From assembly GCA_001179505.1 (NCBI GenBank), contig CDMY01000378.1, positions 1-64,000 of the forward strand: a stretch of DNA of 64,000 bases, read 5' to 3'. The position numbers and the translations under genes are program-made. The notes under the pieces were generated by a model. The model was not told the origin of the DNA, searched no databases, and saw only the letters and a list, made by a program, of their open reading frames with translations. Source of the stretch: Vitrella brassicaformis CCMP3155. Lineage: Eukaryota > Protista > Chromerida. This document shows, one piece after another, positions 1-13,501 of the stretch (position 1 is its first letter; the number at the start of each line of letters is the position of its first letter).

Positions 1-286
1 ATCTCTCCCACCCAGTCAGTTTGATGGTGAGTATGACTTCATATATGAGTTGCATGAGATGGAGCAGTGGGTGCTTGACGCTGACTTGTCAGACTAGCAC
101 CCACTGCTCCATGGGAAGGGCAGATAGGCCTTGTGCATGCATTCTGCATGTGCCTGTTGCCTGTTTGGTGTGTGCTGTGGACAGAGAAGATGCCTGGTTG
201 CGCCGGAAGGTAGCGCCGGGCTTAGGGACAGGTGTCTCGTCAAACCCTTAACCAACCAACCAACCAAAAGACGCAGGGGAAGAAGG

Positions 287-1130
287 ATGGTGTTGCTAAA
301 GGTGCTGCGGAAGATCAAGCAGCGCGAGAAAGAGATGCGCATACTCGTGCTGTAAGTGAATGAAGAGCATTCATGCACACAATGACGCCGTGTCTGTTGC
401 GCTTTGCCGTGGGTGCAGGGGTTTGGACAACGCCGGGAAGACGACCATAGTGAAGCAGCTGAACGGCGAGGACGTTTCCACCATCTCGCCCACTGTCGGG
501 TTCAACATCACCACTCTCACCCACAATGGGTGAGCATGACGGCAAGATGGCCACACATGCACGTGTCCATCTCTCTCATCTCATCTGTGTGTGTGTAGGT
601 ATCGGCTTCACGTGTGGGACGTTGGTGGGCAGAAGAGCCTCCGCAGCTACTGGCGCAACTACTTCGAGCAGACTGACGGGCTGGTGTGGGTGGTGGACTC
701 GGCAGACATACACAGGCTCAACGACACTAGACACGAACTACACGCGCTGCTCAAAGAACAGGTCGCTGACGGAGAGAGGGAAAGACCCATGGCCACACGG
801 GATGCATCTGTGCGTGGGATGGATGTGGGTGTCCATTCAGAGGTTGGCTGGCGCCACTTTGTTGATATTCGCCAACAAACAGGACCTCCCCGGCGCCCTC
901 TCTGCGCAACAAATCACAGAGGCAAGCCCAACTGACCATAAAGCACCAGCATCCATCCATCCGCCATCCGTGTACGTGTATGTCAGGTGTTGGGTTTGGA
1001 GTCTTTGGCCAACCGTTCCTGGTCATTGTATCCGTGCAGTGCGTTGTTGGCTGAGGAGGTGGGCGGGCTGCTGGCCGGCATGGACTGGCTCGTCAAGGAC
1101 ATCGCCTCAAGGATATACATGCTACAGTGA
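287..1130 (+). CDS. ARL2: ADP-ribosylation factor-like protein 2 (5 exons)
   Basis: Spliced translation: [22 protein letters not shown]|GLDNAGKTT...|[36 protein letters not shown]...|[20 protein letters not shown]...|...[15 protein letters not shown]. All Arf GTPase motifs are present and the signatures are ARL2-specific. Confidence 0.93.
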
Positions 1131-1890
1131 TGGGTGGATTCCTGCACTGCATCAAGTGGGTGCCGTGCTCGGACTCACAGTGTCGAGGTGTCAAGTGGAC
1201 GCCTCGAAGCGTGTCCGTTTGATCCCTTACCAGTGTGGGTTCGTCCACGGCTCCTGCCTTGCAGGCAGACCAACAAAGTACTAAGTAGATCTCGAGCGGA
1301 TGACAGGCTAATTTATGGGATGGGATGGTGCAAGCGAGAGATGGACGCACGCATTTGGTGTGTCCATTCGCCGCCTGCACGTGTGCGTGTGTGCACGGTG
1401 CCCACCACCTGACAGACAGACAGACACAGAGAAGCAGAGCAGGGCGGGTGCACGGCACGGGTGGGTGTTTGATAGGGGATCGTTCTTGACTGTACAGTGA
1501 CTGCGGAGGGAGGGAGGGAGGGCGCGGACGCATCGTGTTGTGTGTGCACAGCACATGATGCATCAGCTTCGACCCAGGCACGTTGCATGATTGACGAATG
1601 ATCCAATGTGTTATGGAGTGCAATTTATACGTCAGAGGATGCATCAACCGAGAAACACCTTCACGTGACGCGCACAATACACCAGCCCTTCTCTGTCATA
1701 GGTAGCCGCCTCCGCTCGGTCCTGCTCGATCTAGTGGTGGACCAATACGATCCAAGGAATCAATCAGTCAATCAACACTTGTGGGTCACCGAAAAACACA
1801 CCGATACGGCCAAGACAGTGGCGTTTATCCACATCACCTCCACGCACACCATACAGCATGGAGTGACGACAGCCCTCTTCATGCCGTCAG

Positions 1891-2556
1891 TCAGAAGCAG
1901 CAGTCACAGTCGAATGGACACAGGGGCGTCCCGCCACCCTGACCTGACATGACACATGCATCCATCGGCCACACAACATCTGTCGGCCTGCCTGCCTGCC
2001 TGTCTGCACGCCTCTCTGGTGGTGCACATCACACACGCGTACCTATCCTCAGCTCTTCCTCGGTGTAGATGGGCCAGCCCTCCTCGGTGTACCTCCGCGG
2101 CCTGTTCGCCAGGCTCAGGTCCTCGTCGATGGATGACGGCTGCTTCGGCCGACGGCCCCTCCTGGCCACCGAACTATCCCCTCTCACTTTGTTGCCGCCG
2201 CTGGTGGTGGCTGTTTTCGCCTGCTGGGTGGGCTCGGACTTGTGTTTCCTCTTCAGGCGGCTGAAGAGAGCGTCGATTTGTCGACCATCTGTGGCTGCTG
2301 CTGACGATGGCGAGGGGCCGAGGGATGAGGGGGCGGCCTCAGCAGCAGCTGATGATGGGAGAGGGGCATCTGGGCTCTTGGCTCGTTGCCGCTTCTTGGT
2401 CGGATTGGCCTTGGTTGTTGGTTGCGGTTTCCTTGTCGTCAGCGGTGTGGTGGTGATCTTTCTGTCCTTCTTCTTGCTGATCTCTTCTCTCTTGACCATT
2501 GTCCCTCTCGCCTCTTTACTCTTCTCGTGTGCAGCCTTGGCTGCCTTGCCCTTCAT
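1891..2556 (-). CDS. DUF1764 family protein (2 exons)
   Basis: Lys-rich N-terminus, then RRYTEEGWPIYTEEELRIG, spliced to a short last exon GQGGGTPLCPFDCDCCF*, the characteristic DUF1764 C-terminus. Confidence 0.85.
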
Positions 2557-2915
2557 TTCCTCCGTATGTTGCCTCGCAAATTTTGCGAGCTCAGGAATGC
2601 TTCCGTGAAAGCAAATAACCTCATACTGGCTGCAGATCTTTGCGTGGCGAAGGCTCCCGCGACCTCACCTGCAAAGCGGAAGGCGCCGCACACAACTGCT
2701 CTGCTGCATCTATCCTCGCCCACCCACCCCCTCGTCTGATCTGATCTCATCTCTGGTCGAGGATAGCGGCGTACGGCAGCGGCGTGACCTGATCTGGCGA
2801 AGGCAGGGCTTGCTTGCCTGAGCTGTCCCGGGCGCGGCGCGGCCTGACTTCCCCCCCTCCCTCTTCCCATCGTCACCCCTCCCACCATCACACACATCAC
2901 ATAGCGGCTGCAGCG

Positions 2916-5900
2916 ATGTCGACTGCCGACCCCGCCACACCCAACCCCCCCTCGGTCAACGGCAGCAAGCCGCTTGACACACAGACCCCTCAGACCGTTC
3001 CGGCCGCAGTGGCTGACGTCATCAAGGAGGCCGACAGTGAGAAGGTGCAAGAGCTCGTTCGGAGCGCCGAGTACAAGAAGCACCTCGACCACGAGTGCAA
3101 GTCTGGCTACACCCCATCGGAAGGTAAGCGACACTGACTGACACCGAAACCTCAGCATCCTTGCGAGCAAGAATGCTGCTTTGCATGTTGTCATGAAGGG
3201 CCACACGAGGCGGAGGGCAGCAACGAGCTCGACGCCGCTCCCGTCACCTACCCCGAGTTCGTCCCGGGGGAGCCAAGCTACTTCGTGGAAACACTGGACT
3301 CGGTGCGATGAATGAATGAATCAATGAATCAGTTGGGGCCAGGCCAAGCGAGACCCCCTTTCGCCGACGGCCGACCCACACCACACCCTCCCTCTCTGTG
3401 TGTGTGCAGGTGCCTGGGGGTGCGCACATCAGCGACCATGACTTGCATCTGCTGCACAAGGCGCACCACCAGGACCCCTTTGGGGTGCTCGGATGCCATC
3501 CGTATGACCATGGCGATGGCGCAAAGTACTTTCTCGTCAGGTGCGTTGACGCCACCACACACAGGGGGAGTGAGTGAATGAGGGATGCATGGCGTGCGCA
3601 GTGCAGTGCACAGTGCAGTGGATCATCTCTATGTGTGGTTATAATGGGTGCAGGGCGTGGATAAAGGATGCGCGCGACGCCCGTCTTCGCTGCGTACCTG
3701 GGAGTGCGTATCAGCTGGTCAATGACAACGAGCCCGTGTGGCTGCATAGAAAGGGCGAATGGATGTTCCAGATGGTCTTCAAGGTAGCTAACCTAACTAA
3801 CCCTGCCCACCGCAACCACACACAGACACGCAAGACAGCGAGAGCGATGGGGATGGGATCTGGTGGTGTGTGGTGTGTGGTGTGTGGTGTGTGTGTGTCA
3901 GGTGGTGCGAGCGGCCGAGGGCAAGCCGCTGCCCACCAAGGACTCCCACGACCTGCCCCCCTTCCTCTACGAGCTCATCGTCAGATACGAGGGTCAGCAT
4001 CACACCCCACCCACCACAGCCCCCTCCCCTTCCCCTTAACCCACCCGCACTCTCTCTCCCTCTCTCTGTGTTGGGTGCAGGTGACGGCAGCAACACGGAG
4101 TTCGTGAAGCGTGACGCCTACAGCTTCGGCTGTCTGCTGCCCGACTTCGACCTCAACCTCTTCCGGAGCGGCTCGTGCTGGCACGTCGACTGCCTCCTCG
4201 GCGGACACGTCGTCGAGGTCGATGCCGCTAAGGGGGTCCGGTAAGTCTCTCTGTGTGTGTGGGTGTGGGTAGGTGGGTGTGAGCCGAGAGGCAACACACA
4301 CACACCATCATGGTGATGCACCATCCGTGTGTGTGTGTGTGTGTGTGGACGGTGTGTGTCAGTTTTGCTGTGTGGGCCCCAAATGCTGTGTTTGTGTCGG
4401 TGGTCGGCGACTGGAACCAGTGGGACGGGTAAGCTAAGCTCCCCACCGATGAGATGAGAATGACCTGGCTGTGATGTGGTGGATTGATGGCATGCAATGC
4501 AGGCGTGCTCACCCGATGCGCAAGCGTCACGACTACGGCGTGTGGGAGCTGTTCATCGCCGACGTGGCCCCCGGCATGAAGTACGGCTACCGCATCCACG
4601 GACAGAACGGAATGGACTTCGTCAAGATCGACCCATACGCACAGGTAGGTAGGACACACGAGTGAGAGGGTGTGTGTGTTGTGTGCATCTGTGTGTGGAA
4701 CGGAACGGCTTGCGTGCATGAAGGAGTTCGAGAACCCCCCTGCCTACGCGTCCATCGTCTCCGGGTGCGACGACGCCTACAAGAAGGTAACAACAGCCTC
4801 CCATCCCCCCACACCCCCCAACACACCCACCCATGTGTGTGGTGTGGTGTGTGCAGCCTGCCGACCGGTTCAAGTGGACTGATCAAGAGTGGATGCGGGC
4901 GCGTCGGGAGGACGGCAAGATGGACGTCATCCGCCGGCGGCCGATGAGCATCTACGAGGTGCACCTGCCCTCCTGGATGAGGGGCGACAACAACAGCTAC
5001 CTCGGCTACAGGGAGGTGGCCCACCGGCTGGTCAACCACGTCAAGGCCTGCAACTTCACACACATAGAGTTCATGCCGCTGGCTCAACACCCCTTCGAAG
5101 GTCAGTCTGGTCTGTTCTTGGCAAAACAGAGAGGTGCTGGTACGAACGTGTTGGCATCTCTCTCCCTCTGCGTGTGTTGTGTGAAGGTTCCTGGGGTTAT
5201 CAGACGGTGGGTCTGTATGCGCCGTACTCTCGTCTGGGCAACCCCGATGACCTCAAGTACCTCATCAACGAGCTGCACAAGGAGGGCATCGGCGTTTTCC
5301 TCGACTTCGTGCCGGGACACTTCGTCAAGGTGGGTGACCTCAGACGCACACACCACAGAAGGAGGGAGGGAGGGAGAGATGCCAGCCTACCATGTGTGTG
5401 TGTGTGTGTGTGGTTGATAGGATGACTGGGGTTTGGTCTACTACGACGGAGTGCCTCTGTACGAGTATGCCGACCCCAAGGAGGGCGAGCACCTCGAGTG
5501 GGGCACAATGGGTACGTCGGTCCACACCCCATCCACAGGCAGACAGACAGACACCCTCCCTCCCTCCCTCCGTCCCTCTCTGTCTCACTCACTCATTCAT
5601 TGTCTGTGATCTGACTGAGTTCAGTGTTCAACTTCCGTCGGTCTGAGGTGCGCTCATTCCTCCTCGGGGCCGCATACCACTGGTGCGATCGATGGATGGA
5701 TGCACACCCACCCCAAGCCACCCCGCCCCGCCCATCTCTCCCTCCACACACAGACCAGGCCAGACCAGACCACAGAGAGGAGGTATCTATCTGTGCGTGC
5801 GTCGCGGTGCGTGTGTGCAGGCTGCGGCGCTACCACATCGACGGGCTGCGCATCGACGCCGTGTCCTCGATGCTGTACAAGAACCACATGAGGGGCCCCG

Positions 5901-6338
5901 GCCAGTGGATTGCCAACGAACACGGTGGCGACGCCAACCTGCAGGCCATCAGTTTGCTGCAGGAGATGAACTGGGTGGTGCACAAGGAGTTCCCCGGGGT
6001 CTTCACCATGGCGGAGGAGTCAACCTCATGGCAGGGAGTCACCAACCAAGACACAGGTGGGTACACACTCACACACACACACAGCGAGGGAGAGAGAGAG
6101 AGAGGGAGAGAGAGACACAATGCCCTCGCATCCATCTCTCTCTCTCTGTGTGCCGTTCGTGTGGGGGTGTGTGTGTAGGGCTGGGTTTCGACGCCAAGTG
6201 GGATCTGGGTTGGATGAACGACACGCTCGAGTACCTCACCACCCCCGGGCCAATGCGGGGAGGGGCACACTCCAAACTCACCTTCAGAGGACTCTACGTC
6301 GCACACGAAAAGTAAGTAACCATATGGGCGCACACGCG

Positions 6339-6371
<33 letters not shown>

Positions 6372-7655
6372 GGAGGGGGGGAAGAGAGCACACGGACGCC
6401 TGGCTGCACGTGATGTGTGTGATAATGTGTGTGTGTGTGTGCAGGTGGGTTCTGCCCTTGAGTCATGACGAGGTTGTGAGCGGCAAAGGCTCGCTCCTCG
6501 ACAAGTGCGGCTTCCAGGGAACGCCCTTCGAGGAACGACTCAAGACACTCAGGTGGTGCACCAACACACACATCCACACAAACAAACAAACAGCACCCCA
6601 AGTGCGTCTGTGTGTGTGTGCCGATTGATTGATCAGGACGCTATACGGCTTCCAGGTCGGTGTGCCGGGCCGCCCTCTGATCTTCATGGGCGGCGAGATC
6701 GCACAGGGCCGAGAGTGGAAGGAGAGCAGGTGCCTTTCTGCCCTTCCCCCCCCCCCCAACACTTACACCTCACACGCCCTCAGAGAGAGACATCCATTTG
6801 TGTGTGTGGGTGTGGGTGTGTGGCAGATCTGTGGATTGGCATGAGGGCGAGGAGGACAGCCGCAAGAAGACGTGTATCTTCGTCTCGGACCTACTCGCCG
6901 TGTACAAGTACCACTCTCCCCTCCATNNNNNNNNNNNNNNNNNNNNNNNNNNNNNNNNNNNNNNNNNNNNNNNNNNNNNNNNNNNNNNNNNNNNNNNNNN
7001 NNNNNNNNNNNNNNNNNNNNNNNNNNNNNNNNNNNNNNNNNNNNNNNNNNNNNNNNNNNNNNNNNNNNNNNNNNNNNNNNNNNNNNNNNNNNNNNNNNNN
7101 NNNNNNNNNNNNNNNNNNNNNNNNNNNNNNNNNNNNNNNNNNNNNNNNNNNNNNNNNNNNNNNNNNNNNNNNNNNNNNNNNNNNNNNNNNNNNNNNNNNN
7201 NNNNNNNNNNNNNNNNNNNNNNNNNNCCCCCCCACCACCACACACACACACACACACATGCGCAGAGAGAGACAAAGAGTGTGTCGATGTGTGTGTCGAT
7301 GTGTAGGCGACGACGAGAGTTGGAATTTCCAATGGGTCGACTGCGACAACGCTAGCGACAACCTCATCGCCTTCCTGCGCAAGTACGGGGAGTGGTACAA
7401 CGACATCCTCGTCATCTGCAACTTCTCGGGAAACACCTACTACCGGTAATACAGTCAGTGAGGCATATCACATCACACACACAACGCGCAATGAATGCCG
7501 CGAATGGGTGGCTCGTGTGTTGTGTGTGTTGTCTGTGTCCAGCTACCCTATCGGCTGCCCGCATGGCGGCGAGTGGGAGGTCCTCCTCAACTCTGACGAC
7601 TGGAGGTCAGTCGCCCCCCCAACACACACCCTCCCCCCTCCCACCCTCACACACA

Positions 7656-7690
<35 letters not shown>

Positions 7691-8131
7691 CGGATGGCCC
7701 ATCTATCCATCCATCCATCCATGTGTATGTGTTGACATGGCAGGTACGGCGGCGCCATGAACGGCCCCGGCAACCTCTCTCGCATCCACACCACCCAGGG
7801 CGGCCGCATCGGGTGGCCCTACTGCCTCTGGCTGGACATCCCAGCTTTCGGCTGCCTCTACCTCAAGGCGCCGACGCCACCAGAGGTCCGCGAGAAGCAG
7901 GAGCAGCAGCAGAAGGAGAAAAAGGCCGCAGAGGGGGAGGGCGACAAGGGCGGGAGCTCTGCCGCCGTGACGAATGGGTACGAGGGAGGGAGTGGGGGGA
8001 GGGGAGGGGGCGGCAGGGGTGGTGGGGGTGGGGGTGGTGGTGGTGGGTATGACCCAGGAAGGACCTACACGCACTATGCTGCCATTGACGCGTCGAGGGG
8101 GGACCCGGTCGACCCCGAATATATGGACTGA
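2916..8131 (+). CDS. glgB: 1,4-alpha-glucan branching enzyme, bacterial GlgB type (GH13_9), about 20 introns, interrupted by an assembly gap
   Basis: Exons encode [12 protein letters not shown] (N1 domain), [18 protein letters not shown] and [13 protein letters not shown] (CBM48), [46 protein letters not shown] (nucleophile), MAEEST (acid/base), [19 protein letters not shown] (third catalytic Asp) and [10 protein letters not shown]. Gly-rich C-terminal tail. Confidence 0.93.
6927..7226. other. Assembly gap (300 N) inside glgB; other 300-N gaps at 8744-9043, 11544-11843, 25732-26031 and 28600-28899
   Basis: Runs of N of identical length, indicating a placeholder size. Most are flanked by poly-C/poly-G and (CA)n. 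Confidence 0.99.
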
Positions 8132-10156
8132 TGAGAGAGGGGGAGAGGGAGAGAGGAGAGAGGGGCTGGTTGTGTGTGGTGTGGGTGCATTGTATAGTAG
8201 CAGACAGACCGACAGACAGACAGACAGACAGGCGAGAGAGAGACGGAGGGACACCAACGTGCACACAAGCCGCCTCCCTCCCTCCCTTGTGTGTACTGTT
8301 TGTTTGTCTGTCTGTCCGTCTCTCTGTCTGTGTGGTGTGTGGTGTGTGCAGAGAGTCGGGCAGCAGCGAGTGACTGAGTGACCCTTGTCCGATGCCGCCC
8401 GCAACAGCCGAACAGTGTGAGCGGGGAGGGCGGGGGAGAGAGGGGGAGAGATGGCTGCATGGCGTTCGTGCCTTCGTGCCTGCCTGCCTGCTTGACGTTT
8501 TTGGGCTGACTGAGAGACTTTCAACGATCCATCTGAAGTCTGTCTGTCTGTATGTCTGCATGAATGAAGCGACGTGGGTGCGGGGAGGGAGGGAGGGATG
8601 GACGCTACTTTTTTTATGGCGGGCCGGGCCTGGCCTGACTCTGCTGCACTGCATGAATGCAATGCGCCCACCTGTTTATGCAGGCAGCGTCTTTTCCACA
8701 CCACGAGGAATGAGGGCCCATTCGTGTCATGGGTGCCAGAGAGNNNNNNNNNNNNNNNNNNNNNNNNNNNNNNNNNNNNNNNNNNNNNNNNNNNNNNNNN
8801 NNNNNNNNNNNNNNNNNNNNNNNNNNNNNNNNNNNNNNNNNNNNNNNNNNNNNNNNNNNNNNNNNNNNNNNNNNNNNNNNNNNNNNNNNNNNNNNNNNNN
8901 NNNNNNNNNNNNNNNNNNNNNNNNNNNNNNNNNNNNNNNNNNNNNNNNNNNNNNNNNNNNNNNNNNNNNNNNNNNNNNNNNNNNNNNNNNNNNNNNNNNN
9001 NNNNNNNNNNNNNNNNNNNNNNNNNNNNNNNNNNNNNNNNNNNCACACACTTGGGATGCATGTGAGTATTTTTCTCGCTTAGCCCACATCACTCCCTGGC
9101 GATGGATGAATGGATGGATGGATGGATGTGCGTGTCGCTTTGAAAGGCAGCCAGCACCCTACCCGGCGGTGTGGGTGTGGTGTGTTACATGGAAGGAATT
9201 ACGGCTTTTTTCAGTCTTTGTCATACCGCATCGGATGCAGGTGTGTGTATGTGTGCGCGCGACGGCAACCCCTTGACGGACCCTGGCGTCCCCTTGTGTG
9301 TCTGTGTGTGTCTGTGTCTGAGTGTGTATGAGTGACTTTCATTCTGCAGCTAATACCTCATTAATATATAATGCTCATTGCTCATTGAATGCAGCCCTTT
9401 AAAATGCCTGCGATCGGATCGTCGAGACACCCACCCAATGCTCCGAAAACCGTCTGAAGCTCAAACACATATACATGCACAGGCAATCCTAACGCCGCGG
9501 CTGCTTGCTTGAAACTCTGATGCAAACCACACTGTCTGAGTGCGTGTGTGAGTGTCGGCCTGGGGGTGGGGGGATGGTTGAAGGGAGGAAAGCCGCGGGT
9601 GGGGTGGGTGAAAAAATCGTCTCTCTCGAGGCCGCCCTCCGTACGACAGCCGGTGCTGCTTCGGCGGGCCCCTGCTACCCAACGGGCCGTGAAGTAGCAG
9701 GTCACCCACCTTCTGAGCAGCAGACGGCCGTCATCTTGTGCCTCCCCGCCTGTCTGTCTGCCTGCCTGCCTGCCTGCTCGAAAGAAACGCGCGGCTATAC
9801 ACACAGCGGCAGACACGGCCCGCCCCCACCCACCCCACGCACCATTACTTCCTTTCCACAGACCACAAGGAATGAATGCAGAACGACACACACGAACAGA
9901 CAGACACAAACCGCCCGCCCCGCCCCCACAGACACGCCAAGCCGACGAACAGACAGACGGAGGGAAGAGAGAGAAAAGAAAAGCATCTTTGACGGGAGAA
10001 AAGTCAACCAATCAATAGAACTGGTTTAACTGGCCCACACCATGCTACAGGTATAGTGAGACACAAGCTCGCAGGCTCACTCATCGATGCAGGTATGCAT
10101 TAACGCGCGAGCACACACACACACATTGGGGGTGGGGTGGGGTAGGGGGTGGTGGG

Positions 10157-12539
10157 TCAGTTTGGTTGGGCGTTTGAGCTGCCCGAGACGGCGGGGTGTT
10201 GTGGTTCTGGCTCGGGGACGTCCGTGATGATCATCGACGACTGCATGTTGACCATGTCACGCTCCTCCATTCTCATGTTCTGATGCACACACACACACAC
10301 ACACACATGGCTGGCCAGTCTCTCTCTCTCCCTCTCTCTTTGTGGGTGTGTGTGTGTTGGGGGGGGGAGGGCTAGGTACCCTAGTGATGGAGTCGGTAGA
10401 TGTCTGTGAGCGCATGAGCGGCTTCGACGCCTCGATCTGCTGCTGGTGCTTGTGCTTCAGCTGAGAAGTCGTGTAGGAGTACAGCACCACGCCACACACA
10501 CACTGACAGGTAAGGTAGATGCACACACACACAGATGAGATGCAGCTCCAGCTCCGTGTGCGGTGGTGGGTGTGTGGGTGTGGGTGTGCAGACGCACTTA
10601 CGACGAATGCAGAGGAGCCCGTCCAGAGGTTGAGGCATTGGTGCGGGTCCCTCTCGCAGAAGAACAGGTGGCTTAGCAGAAACACACACGCCACTTTCAA
10701 ACCCTTAAACCCACAGACACAGACACCCCATCACCCCATCCATTGGTGTGTGTGCGAAGGGCGGGAAGGAAATCTGTCTGTGCATGTGTGTGCGCCTGTC
10801 TGCGCACCTTGAGCACGCCCGAGGAGACGGCGCCCATGTGTTTGACGAGGTACCAGAGGGTCCCCGCGTGTATCCACGACGCAGCCAGCAGCGCCGCAAA
10901 ACACACCAAGATTTGCTGAGTGAGGGCACACAAGGGGAAGGACACTCACACGCATGATGAGAATGTGAGAATGTGTGAAGGGACGGTGTGTATGGTGTGG
11001 CAGGCACGATTGCAGTACCATGACCGATCCGTTTTTTCTTTTGATGTTGTCGATGACGAGTGTGTCGAACTGCGGCACCGTCCACCCGAACGTCCACGCA
11101 GTCAACACCGCAGAGCAACACACCCTACAGACCAGACACATACAGAGAGAGAGAGAGAGAGAGGGAAGGGTACTTGCTGCCGCTCGGTCGTTGCAAGAAG
11201 GTGTGGATGCATCTCTCTCTCTCTCTCTGTGTGTGCGTGTGTGTGTGTGTGTGTGTCCAAGTCGGCTCACTGACTGACCCCATCATGCAGACGAGGTTTG
11301 GCCCCGGGATGGGGTTGTCGTCCTTCATGAACTTCTCGTTGAGCACAAACGTCAGGCCCATCAAAATCGACGCCGTCAGGATGAGCAGCACGCCGATGAA
11401 CTCGTAGTCGGTCAACGCTATGTGCAGAGTGGCCGCCTTCAGCGCCACACCCGCACTTATGAAGAAGATCTGAACCAAAGACGCAGACACACACACAGGG
11501 AGAGAGAGAGAGAATGCACGCTTGTGTGTGTGTGTGTGTGGGGNNNNNNNNNNNNNNNNNNNNNNNNNNNNNNNNNNNNNNNNNNNNNNNNNNNNNNNNN
11601 NNNNNNNNNNNNNNNNNNNNNNNNNNNNNNNNNNNNNNNNNNNNNNNNNNNNNNNNNNNNNNNNNNNNNNNNNNNNNNNNNNNNNNNNNNNNNNNNNNNN
11701 NNNNNNNNNNNNNNNNNNNNNNNNNNNNNNNNNNNNNNNNNNNNNNNNNNNNNNNNNNNNNNNNNNNNNNNNNNNNNNNNNNNNNNNNNNNNNNNNNNNN
11801 NNNNNNNNNNNNNNNNNNNNNNNNNNNNNNNNNNNNNNNNNNNGGGGGGGGGGGGGGGGGGGGGAGGGGGATTGCTCACCGCGACCCACTGCATGAAGAC
11901 GAGTCTTCTCCTGAGGAGGATCCAGGACCAGATGGCCGTCCACACGATCGAGCTGCTGTCCACCACTATGTACACCGCCGCGCCAGAAAATATCAAACCA
12001 ACTGCACCCACCCCACCCAATCCAATCCCCTTATCCCTCCATGGAATGGGCGTGTGTGTGAGTGAGTCTGTGCGGGGGGGGAGCGTACCCTTCTTGAGTG
12101 CCTGGTTGACGATGTCACACGCGCTGACGACAATGCCTTTACGCCAGTCGCACTCCCAGATGCTCTTCTCCGTGGGAATGAACCCCACCAGCATCATGGC
12201 GTAGTAGTGCGGCAGCAAAAACAAAAATGTCGACGACTGCACAGTCAGAGACACACACACACACACACACACGTGCCGATACGCAGATAGACAGACAGAC
12301 AAGGAGAGAGGGCTCTTGTGTGTGATTACTGCTTACGTGCGCCCCTCCGTTGTACTTGATCACATCGACCTGTGTGAATGAATCAGTCATCACATCAGCC
12401 AGCCATTATTGAGAGAGAGTGCGGTCGGTCTCGTTTATCTATCCACCCCTAGCTGGCTCACCAGCAGCGGCTGTATGCAGTATGCCACAAGGAACATCAG
12501 CAAGGTCGACACCTCCTTCGCACTGTCGAGCGACAACAT
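10157..12539 (-). CDS. Drug/metabolite (DMT) superfamily, nucleotide-sugar-transporter-like multi-pass membrane protein
   Basis: Exons: MLSLDSAKEVSTLLMFLVAYCIQPLL|VDVIKYNGGAH|STFLFLLPHYYAMMLVGFIP..|GAAVYIVVDSSSIVWTAIWSWILLRR|IFFISAGVALKA..IGVLLILTASILMGLTFVLNEKFMK|..WYLVKHMGAVSSGVLK.. Multiple TM helices with SLC35/EamA-like spacing. One intron contains a gap. Confidence 0.72.
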
Positions 12540-12943
12540 CGTGCCCTACCACACCTATTCACTCGCCTCAGAGCCTTCTCCGCTGAGCCTCCCACAGCCA
12601 CACGGGCATGCAAAACCCCCCCAGGCACTCCGCAGCGGGCCTCTGTACCGCCTGTGTGTGCCGATGAGTGGTGCGCTGACGCTTGAGACAGATGTGGGAT
12701 GGGCTGCTGATCTGCCAACGATCTTGTCCGAGGGATGATGGGGTGGGCGAGGCGAAGGGGCGGGGCACAGCGACGCGGTGCTGCTTCCACGGGGTTCCAA
12801 AACGAGAGATTCACGTTTCTAAGCTCGCAGAAATCTAAGCTCGCAGAACTCCTCGCAGATCCCGGCGCCGGACTGGCTGTTTTGACACTCTCCAGCTCCA
12901 CCCACCCACCATCTGTCCACCCATCTGTCCGCGACCAGCAGTC

Positions 12944-13468
12944 ATGATGACCGCCATCTCAATCTCATGGGTGCGTGCCCTCGTGGCTGTGCTGGTCAGC
13001 GTGCCCTTGTCAGCCGCTTTCAGGATCAGCTACATTGATGCAGCAGGTGACTGACTGGCGCACTAGATATTGGATGCAGCAGATGCAAGCATGGATCTGC
13101 CTCCGTTCGCGTGCCCTGCAGGGATGAGGCCGAGCACGAGCAACTTGAGGAGGTCAGGGGGTGGACATATCAGCGTGCTGCGGGCCGGGGGGGTGACACT
13201 GCCTCACGATATGATCGACCCATACGCCGTAAGACGCAACCGCCACTATACTGGACACACAGCCAGGCACCTGACTGCAGCTGCTGATGTGTTCGTCCGC
13301 ATCTGTGGATGTGATGTGGTGGATGCGTGCAGCCGCTGAAGTCTGATGACTACATTGCTCTGGGCCTTGCATGCTGCTACCTCCTCAATGACAAAAACAA
13401 ACTCGAAGGTCAATCTGACGGACGATGTGTGCTCGCCCACCCATATGTGCGACACACAGAGGGCCCCC

Positions 13469-13501
<33 letters not shown>

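Noticed and set aside
9382-10011. 209-aa minus-strand ORF in the glgB-transporter spacer
   Set aside because: Dominated by microsatellite-derived residues with no recognisable motif or coherent exon chain. A small hidden gene cannot be fully excluded.
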